Shown here in pieces: positions 57,625-64,000 of a stretch of 64,000 nucleotides of DNA (the first letter of the stretch is position 1; each line of letters begins with the position of its first letter). The notes below the pieces were generated by a model, which worked only from the letters and a program-made list of their open reading frames with translations, was not told where the DNA came from and ran no database searches. The position numbers and the translations under genes are program-made. This DNA is from an uncultured Gammaproteobacteria bacterium (GTDB lineage Bacteria; Patescibacteriota; Patescibacteriia; UBA1558; S5-K13): positions 12,538-76,537 of the forward strand of contig CAZAOE010000001.1 in the NCBI GenBank assembly GCA_964486685.1, in the 5' to 3' direction.

Positions 57625-59157
57625 ATGAGAAAACAATTTAACATAGTCCAAATCGTTTCAGAATTTTATCCATTTACAAAAACTGGTGGATTAGCTGATG
57701 TTGTAAAATCATTGTCTGAGGCACAAAAAAGACTTGGATATAATGTTTGCATATTCACTCCATTTTATGAAAAAGTAATTGACCAAAAAAAATACAAATT
57801 CGAGAAAATAATATCAAATTTTAAAATAGATACTTATAAGGGAAAATTAGTAAGAATTAATGTTTTAAAAAATTATTTAATTCCTAATTTGCCAGTTTAT
57901 TTTATTCAAAATACAGAATTTTTTTCTAGAAATAAAAATTTGTACGGCTCTAGTTATGAAAATACAAAATTTTATTTTTTTAATACTGCTTGTATAAAAA
58001 TTATAAAAAAATTAAATATTGAGCCAGATATTATACATTGTCATGATTGGCATCCTGGACTAATTCCTTACTTATTAAAAACTAAATATAAAAAAAGTGA
58101 ATTAAATAAAAAAAGTTCAATTGTATTTACAATACATAATCTTATATTTCAGATGGGGCGTAATTGGTGGAAGATAAGTTTAAAGAAAAGAGATTTTGGA
58201 AAAACCTCACTTCCAAAGCTTGATGATTCGAAAATAGAAAATATAAATTTTACAAAAAGAGCCATACTAAACGCTGATGTAATTAATACTGTTTCAGAGT
58301 CTTATGCTCAAGAAATTATGACTAAAGAGCATGGACAGAATTTAAATAGGATATTATTCAATAGGAGAGAAAGAGTATTTGGAATAGTAAATGGTATTGA
58401 TTATGATGCTTATAATCCGTTAACAGATCCGGGCTTGTATAAAAATTTTAGTTATAAAGAAATATTTTTTAAAAAAAATAACAAATCATATCTCCAAAAA
58501 AAACTTAAATTCAAATTAAGTGAGACAATTCCAGTTATAAGCATGACTTCTAGAATTACTGAACAAAAAGGATTTGAACTTGTTATGGAAAAAATTAATC
58601 ACCTGTTAAAACTTAATCTTCAATTTATAATTATGGGTGACGGTGATAAGAAATATATAAATGAATTTAAAAAATTAAACAAGAAGTACCCAAAAAAATT
58701 TAAATATTTACCTTTTGATAATAATTTTGAAACTTCAATCTATGCTGGTAGCGATCTAATTTTACTGCCATCTCGTTATGAACCATGCGGTATAAATATA
58801 TTAATTGCAATGAGATACGGTTGTATACCCATTGTTTATCCAATAGGCGGTTTAGCTGATATAGTAACTAATTATAGCCCAATAAAAAATATAGGTACTG
58901 GATTCACACTAAAAGATTATTCTGGTAGAGAGCTTTATATTACTGTAGTTAAGGCATTAGAGCATTTTAAGCATAAAAAAGATTGGGAAATTTTTGTAAA
59001 AAAAGTAATGCAAATCTCTACTTCCTGGAAAATACCGGCTAAAAAATATATTAAGCTTTATAGAAAGGCAATAAAATTTCATAAAGCCTCATTGAACAAT
59101 AAAACATTCAATCAGGGTAAAAATAATAATCACTTTAAAAATGGGAAATTGGATTAA
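57625..59157 (+). CDS. glgA: Glycogen synthase (GT5)
   Basis: E.YPFTKTGGLADV, HCHDWH, FTIHNL, GIVNGID and PSRYEPCG. Confidence 0.92.
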   Translation: MRKQFNIVQIVSEFYPFTKTGGLADVVKSLSEAQKRLGYNVCIFTPFYEKVIDQKKYKFEKIISNFKIDTYKGKLVRINVLKNYLIPNLPVYFIQNTEFFSRNKNLYGSSYENTKFYFFNTACIKIIKKLNIEPDIIHCHDWHPGLIPYLLKTKYKKSELNKKSSIVFTIHNLIFQMGRNWWKISLKKRDFGKTSLPKLDDSKIENINFTKRAILNADVINTVSESYAQEIMTKEHGQNLNRILFNRRERVFGIVNGIDYDAYNPLTDPGLYKNFSYKEIFFKKNNKSYLQKKLKFKLSETIPVISMTSRITEQKGFELVMEKINHLLKLNLQFIIMGDGDKKYINEFKKLNKKYPKKFKYLPFDNNFETSIYAGSDLILLPSRYEPCGINILIAMRYGCIPIVYPIGGLADIVTNYSPIKNIGTGFTLKDYSGRELYITVVKALEHFKHKKDWEIFVKKVMQISTSWKIPAKKYIKLYRKAIKFHKASLNNKTFNQGKNNNHFKNGKLD

Positions 59158-60280
59158 TATTCTGCATTTTTATCAACCATTTTGGCAGGATAAAAATACT
59201 TTAGATAAAGTAATAAGAGAAAGCTATTCCTTTCTTTTAAATTTATTAGAAGAATTTCCAACATTTAAAATTACAATAAATTTTTCTGGATCTCTTTTAG
59301 AATTATTAAATGATAGAAAATATTGTAATATTATCAAAAAATTTAATCATTTTGTAAAAAATGGACAAGTAGAGCTAATGGGTAGTGCTATGTATCATCC
59401 CATATTAGCAAAACTTCCAGAAGATGAAATTATTAGACAAATAAAATTGAATGAAAAGATTATAAATAAATATTTTGGTAAAAATAATAAAATTAATGGA
59501 TTTTTTATCCCGGAACTCGCTTATCATCCCAAAGTGGGTAAAATTATAAAAAACCTTGGTTATAAATGGGTAATTCTTGATAGTATATGCGCTAAAGAAA
59601 GAATTTCATATAATACTAAATATATTGATAAAAATTCTAAACTTGATATTATTTTTAGGAATAGAATAATCTCTAAAACTTTTGCTCCAGAATTTTTTTC
59701 TTCTCAAGTGAAATTAAATAAAATCTATATAACTGCAAGTGATGCTGAATTATACGGTCATTGGCATCATGATTGGCAGCAACATTCTCGAAAAGTATTA
59801 AATAATAATTTAATAAAAACAATACATGCTAGTGAATGGCTTGAGATTATAAAAAAGAGTAAACAGATAATTTTAAGGTCGGGCAATTGGGAATCAACAT
59901 TAAAACAAATAAAAAATAAAAATTATTATTTTGTCTGGGATAATTCTGAAAATAAAATTCAAAAAAATTTATGGATTCTATGTAATTTAGCATATAAATC
60001 ATTAAAACAAAATAAAAAAGATTCTAACTTTGATTGGTGTAGAAAGTCAATGGATAAAGCATGGTCAAGCTGTTTTTGGTGGTGGGCTAGTGGGGAAAAA
60101 TTAAGCACTTTTTCTCCTATAGCCTGGCATCCGGATGTTATTATTAGAGGATTAGACATAATGATAAATGTTGTCAGATCTCTTCAGAAGCTAGATAAGA
60201 ACACAAGATTAAAAGCAGAAAGAATTTATGCTAATACCGTTTATTTAATTTGGAAAAAACATTGGACTCAATATCAATAG
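59141..60280 (+). CDS. Glycoside hydrolase family 57 protein
   Basis: LHFYQP, VELMGSAMYHPIL, GFFIPELAY, SDAELYGH and SCFWWW. Confidence 0.85.
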   Translation: MGNWINILHFYQPFWQDKNTLDKVIRESYSFLLNLLEEFPTFKITINFSGSLLELLNDRKYCNIIKKFNHFVKNGQVELMGSAMYHPILAKLPEDEIIRQIKLNEKIINKYFGKNNKINGFFIPELAYHPKVGKIIKNLGYKWVILDSICAKERISYNTKYIDKNSKLDIIFRNRIISKTFAPEFFSSQVKLNKIYITASDAELYGHWHHDWQQHSRKVLNNNLIKTIHASEWLEIIKKSKQIILRSGNWESTLKQIKNKNYYFVWDNSENKIQKNLWILCNLAYKSLKQNKKDSNFDWCRKSMDKAWSSCFWWWASGEKLSTFSPIAWHPDVIIRGLDIMINVVRSLQKLDKNTRLKAERIYANTVYLIWKKHWTQYQ

Positions 60281-60322
60281 AACACAAGAAGATAAAAACA
60301 CTCAAACATTAAAGCAATAAAC

Positions 60323-60418
60323 CCCTCACCTTTTTAAAATAAATTATGCTATGAATTATTATTCTTACTTAATATATTTAAAAATGAAACATTTTATTCT
60401 TAATCAAAAGGTGATGGG
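60323..60418. mobile_element. 96-bp CCC..GGG MITE-like element
   Basis: ccctcacctttt..aaaaggtgatggg, homologous to 32206-32300 with the interior inverted. Confidence 0.7.
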
Positions 60419-60488
60419 GTAAAGCAAGAAATCAATAAAACACAAGAATATTAAAACATTAAAGCATAAAAACAATATAACAATTTAC

Positions 60489-60517
60489 CCCATCAACCCA
60501 GCTTAGCTGGGTGAGGG
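60489..60517. repeat. Mini hairpin element (copy at 62783-62811)
   Basis: acccagc-tta-gctgggtgaggg with atttac/atttaa flanks. Confidence 0.7.
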
Positions 60518-60541
60518 ATTTAATAATTAAACAATTATCCA

Positions 60542-61105
60542 ATGTCTATTCATCTAATTTTCGAAGGAGCAGAATTAACTGGCAAAAGTTTTATAATGAG
60601 TCAGGTTTATGATTTTATTGAAAAAAAGTATAATACAAACAAAAATATTTTAGACGGTTGTTATTGGTTTAATTTAGATATCGGAGTTTTTGGAGGGAAA
60701 TATGCTAATCAATATATAAAACAATATCTACCAATTCTATCTTCACTCAGAGAAAAGAATTTGATTTTAGAAAAATTTTATATAACAGATCAGGTTTATC
60801 AAAAATTTTATAATAATAAAAATGTAAAATATACCACCATTGAACAAAAATTAAAAAGATTAAATTTTAGAATTATATTATGTACTATTGAAAAAAATGA
60901 GGACTTGATTAAGCAAAGGCTAAAAGATAGAATTAATTTATATCCTCATTACAGAAGAATTGCTACAAAACCGAAGGACTACATAAGACAGCAAGAGTTA
61001 TATGTGGAATTCACAAAAAAAAGTAAATTACCTTATTTGGAAGTTAATTTAACAAAATTACCAAACAAAAAAGTAGTAGATAAAATATTAAAGTATGTGC
61101 TGTGA
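60542..61105 (+). CDS. Thymidylate-kinase-like P-loop protein
   Basis: LIFEGAELTGKS and ILEKF..TD.VY. Confidence 0.7.
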   Translation: MSIHLIFEGAELTGKSFIMSQVYDFIEKKYNTNKNILDGCYWFNLDIGVFGGKYANQYIKQYLPILSSLREKNLILEKFYITDQVYQKFYNNKNVKYTTIEQKLKRLNFRIILCTIEKNEDLIKQRLKDRINLYPHYRRIATKPKDYIRQQELYVEFTKKSKLPYLEVNLTKLPNKKVVDKILKYVL

Positions 61106-61140
61106 AAATGTACTGTATATATTTCAATAAAGTAATAAAA

Positions 61141-61311
61141 CCCGTTAGATAGATATGTTTTGATTGTTCAGGCGGGTTAATGAATTGGATTGCTAATAAA
61201 TAAATCTCCACACTTAATTTAAAAAGTTATATTGATGGGAATAAAATATATGGAAAATAAAAAAGATCTATTTAGGGGGTTGAATCCCGTAAGATACTTA
61301 ATATCAACGGA
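61141..61311. mobile_element. Degenerate CCCGTTAGATA-family element(s) ending at the second glgA start
   Basis: cccgttagata at 61141, and tgaat-cccgtaagata-cttaa-tatcaacgga-atgaat at 61281-61317. Confidence 0.5.
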
Positions 61312-62775
61312 ATGAATAAAATTAGAGTATTAATGACAGCATCTGAATGTTATCCTATCGCTAAGGCTGGCGGTTTAGGTGATGTTTTGAATTCTTTGCC
61401 AAAGGGTTTAATAAAACAAGGAGTAGAAATTAAAATAGCTATACCAAAATATAAATTCATAGACAAAAAATATTCAGGAAAGCTGTTTATGAAAAATATC
61501 AAAACAACTATTGAAAATAAAACAATTTATTTTAATGTCTATAAAACAAAATTGTGTAGAACAGATATTGAGGTATTACTTATAGATAATAAATTACTCA
61601 AAACAAATAAAATATATGTTGGTGTAAGAAAATATATGAAAGGTAAATATTCCAGAGCAGCAAAAGACATTGAAAGATTTACTTTGTTCTCAAAATTAAT
61701 AATGGACTTTTTAATAAAATCAAAATGGCAGCCAGATATTATACATTGTCATGACTGGCATACAGCTTTATTACCTAATTTAATAGATGAATATTATCTT
61801 AAAAATAAAACAGATAAGTATTATAAAACATTATTAACAATACACAACCTAGCGTCTCAAGGAATAGCTAATTTGAATATTTTAGAATATGCTGAGTTGG
61901 AAAATAGTAATTTGCCTGCAATTCTCGAAGATAAATTGGATGATAATCAGATTAATATGCTAAAACTTGGGATATTGTCCGCTGATTTAATCAATACAGT
62001 AAGTCCAACATATTCAAAAGAAATTTTAACCAAAGAATATGGTGCTGGACTTGAAAATTATTTAAAACGCAGAAAAAATGATTTATTTGGAATATTAAAC
62101 GGAATTGATGAAAATTTATTTAATCCAAACCAAGATAATGCATTGAAACAAAAATACAATGCCAAAAATATTATTTCAGGTAAAAAAATTAATAAAAAAT
62201 ATTTACAAAAAAAATTAAATTTAAAACAAGATAAAAATATACCATTATTTGGACTAGTATCAAGATTAGTGCAACAAAAAGGTATTGATGTATTAGTAAA
62301 AGCAATTGAAAAAATAAGAAACAAAAAAGATTTTCAAATTGTAGTATTGGGTTCAGGACAGAAAAAAATAGAAAATGAGCTGGTTAATTTAGCAAAAAAA
62401 TATCCCGACAGAATTTCTGTAAATATAAAATATGATGCAAAACTTGCACAGCAAATATATGCTGGATGTGATTTTTTTCTGATGCCATCAAATTTTGAGC
62501 CCTGTGGATTGGGACAAATGATTGCTTTAAAATACGGAACACTCCCGATTGTAAGATTAACAGGCGGATTAAAAGACACAATTTTAAATTTAAAAAACGG
62601 TTTTACATATAAAAACCAAAAGCCAGAAAATTTAGCAGAAGCAATACAAACCGCAATAAGCACTTTTAAGAATAAGAAAAAAATGCAAAATATGATAAAA
62701 TATGGGATGAAACAGGATTTTTCATGGAACCAAAGCGCGAAAAAATACATAAAACTTTATAAAAAGTTAATATAA
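61312..62775 (+). CDS. glgA: Glycogen synthase (GT5), second paralog
   Basis: SECYPIAKAGGLGDV, HCHDWH, TIHNL..QG, SRL..QKG and PS.FEPCGL. Confidence 0.93.
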   Translation: MNKIRVLMTASECYPIAKAGGLGDVLNSLPKGLIKQGVEIKIAIPKYKFIDKKYSGKLFMKNIKTTIENKTIYFNVYKTKLCRTDIEVLLIDNKLLKTNKIYVGVRKYMKGKYSRAAKDIERFTLFSKLIMDFLIKSKWQPDIIHCHDWHTALLPNLIDEYYLKNKTDKYYKTLLTIHNLASQGIANLNILEYAELENSNLPAILEDKLDDNQINMLKLGILSADLINTVSPTYSKEILTKEYGAGLENYLKRRKNDLFGILNGIDENLFNPNQDNALKQKYNAKNIISGKKINKKYLQKKLNLKQDKNIPLFGLVSRLVQQKGIDVLVKAIEKIRNKKDFQIVVLGSGQKKIENELVNLAKKYPDRISVNIKYDAKLAQQIYAGCDFFLMPSNFEPCGLGQMIALKYGTLPIVRLTGGLKDTILNLKNGFTYKNQKPENLAEAIQTAISTFKNKKKMQNMIKYGMKQDFSWNQSAKKYIKLYKKLI

Positions 62776-62846
62776 AATTTACCTTATCGACCCAGCTTAG
62801 CTGGGTGAGGGGTTTAATAACACTTAATATCAAATATAATAAAATT

Positions 62847-63779
62847 ATGCTACAAAAATCAGAACTTAGAAAAGATTATATTCAAAACAAATATGTTATT
62901 ATCGCTCCCAAAAGGTCTCAACGTCCTAATATTCATAAAATTAAAAAATTAGGAACAAGAAAAAATAAAGAAGACCAAAAATGTCCCTTTTGTCCTATAA
63001 ATGTTAATAAAGTAAAAGATTTGTTTACAATTGGTTCTAAAAACGATTGGCAGGTTAAAGTAATAAAAAATATATTTCCAGCAGTAAGTTTGGATAATGA
63101 CAAGGCCTACGGACAACAAGAAATAATTATTGACACTCCAGATCATTCATTAGAAATTGAAAATTTACCTATTAAGCAGATTGTAAAAATTTTTGATGCC
63201 TATTCTGAGAGAACAAGAATTATTAGTAAAAATAAAAAAATCAGCTACATTATAATATTTAAAAACAATGGCGGAATAGCCGGGGCTTCTTTAGAACACT
63301 CTCATTCTCAAATTTTTGCAACAAACTTTATCCCCCCGCACTTAGCTGATAAATCACAAAAACAGCAAGAGTATAAATTAAAATATGGAACCTGTATTTA
63401 TTGTGACGTTATTAAGAAAGAATCAAATGGGCCAAGAAAAATATACCAAGATAAAAATATTATTGCATTTTGCCCATATGCTTCTATGTATAATTATGAG
63501 GCCTGGATTATTCCAAAAAGACACTTAGACAACATTACATTATTAAATAAACCCGAAAAAGAATCTTTTGCAAAGGCATTAAAATTAATTTTATCAAAAA
63601 TAAATTTACTAAATTTACCATATAATTTCTATTTTCATCAGGTAATACACGATGAAGACCAACATCTATATATGAAAATAGTTCCTAGAGGAAGCGTATG
63701 GGCTGGATTGGAAGTAGGTTCAGGTGTTGTTATTAACCCAATAGACCCTGATCAGGCTGCTAAATTTTATAGGTCATAA
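62847..63779 (+). CDS. GalT-like (HIT superfamily) hexose-1-phosphate nucleotidyltransferase
   Basis: ELRKD...VIIAPKRS.RP, CPFC, FKN.G..AGASLEHSHSQ, and GLE.GSG..INP..P. Confidence 0.9.
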   Translation: MLQKSELRKDYIQNKYVIIAPKRSQRPNIHKIKKLGTRKNKEDQKCPFCPINVNKVKDLFTIGSKNDWQVKVIKNIFPAVSLDNDKAYGQQEIIIDTPDHSLEIENLPIKQIVKIFDAYSERTRIISKNKKISYIIIFKNNGGIAGASLEHSHSQIFATNFIPPHLADKSQKQQEYKLKYGTCIYCDVIKKESNGPRKIYQDKNIIAFCPYASMYNYEAWIIPKRHLDNITLLNKPEKESFAKALKLILSKINLLNLPYNFYFHQVIHDEDQHLYMKIVPRGSVWAGLEVGSGVVINPIDPDQAAKFYRS

Positions 63780-63791
63780 AAATGAAGAGAC

Positions 63792-63947
63792 GAAGCAGTA
63801 GCTCTAGGTTTTAAAAATATTATCATTCCTAAGTTTGATTTACCCCCACAACTTAGAGGTAAGTGTGGGGGTAAAAAAGTAAATGTTAAAGGAGTTAATT
63901 TAATTGAAGTGGAGAAGATTAAGGATTTGAAGAAATATTTGGGGTAA
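63792..63947 (+). pseudogene. radA: Duplicated radA 3' end (last 40 codons) with a 33-nt in-frame hairpin insertion
   Basis: EAVALGFKNIIIPKFD[LPPQLRGKCGG]KKVNVKGVNLIEVEKIKDLKKYLG* versus radA 57437-57559. Confidence 0.9.
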
Positions 63948-64000
63948 GTATTAAGTATTATGTATTAAGAACGTAAAGTAGCAAAGCTACTAACGTTCTT

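Noticed and set aside
62805-62846. GTG start extension of the GalT-like ORF
   Set aside because: The GTG lies inside a hairpin repeat, and the family-like sequence begins at ATG 62847
1215-63146. Many short ORFs antisense to, or out of frame within, long genes (e.g. 1215-1415, 6572-7087, 15096-15548, 39852-40217, 62334-62750)
   Set aside because: They are shadows of well-supported genes and have no motifs

Overview
AT-rich bacterial chromosomal segment using genetic code 11, most consistent with a Patescibacteria/CPR (Parcubacteria/ABY1-like) genome. This taxonomy is inferred from gene content and is not proven. The housekeeping backbone is map (3' part), ruvX, a GT4/WecA-like gene, an aminotransferase, rplU, recR-ybaB-dnaB, tRNA-Lys(UUU), a P-type ATPase, lepB-hisS-rpsU-yqeY, ybeY-dgkA-ftsA-ftsZ-nrdR, a Clp ATPase, glyQS and radA. 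Five accessory blocks interrupt it. (1) 4.4-8.5 kb: a minus-strand array of small genes (three P-loop kinases, isochorismatase, a HEPN-like gene, DUF3800) with two attC-like direct repeats. (2) 17.2-27.3 kb: a defence-type island with NYN, Fic, a fused restriction-methylase, a split and degenerate FtsK pair with a HAD gene, and a LexA-like gene carrying an antitoxin-like tail coupled to MazF. (3) 30.5-44 kb: a surface cluster with two VirB2-like pilin-Ig fusion proteins (one of 2938 aa). (4) 48.5-50.7 kb: HsdR_N plus Ltp behind a structured leader. (5) 57.6-63.9 kb: a glycogen cluster bounded by a duplicated radA 3' end. The best novel-system candidates are the LexA-antitoxin/MazF module, the two nuclease genes (DUF3800 and NYN) that each face a convergent small RNA with the same promoter architecture, and the FtsK pair. 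Intergenic DNA holds several families of tiny palindromic elements. All calls come from reading motifs by eye, and no database searches were run.
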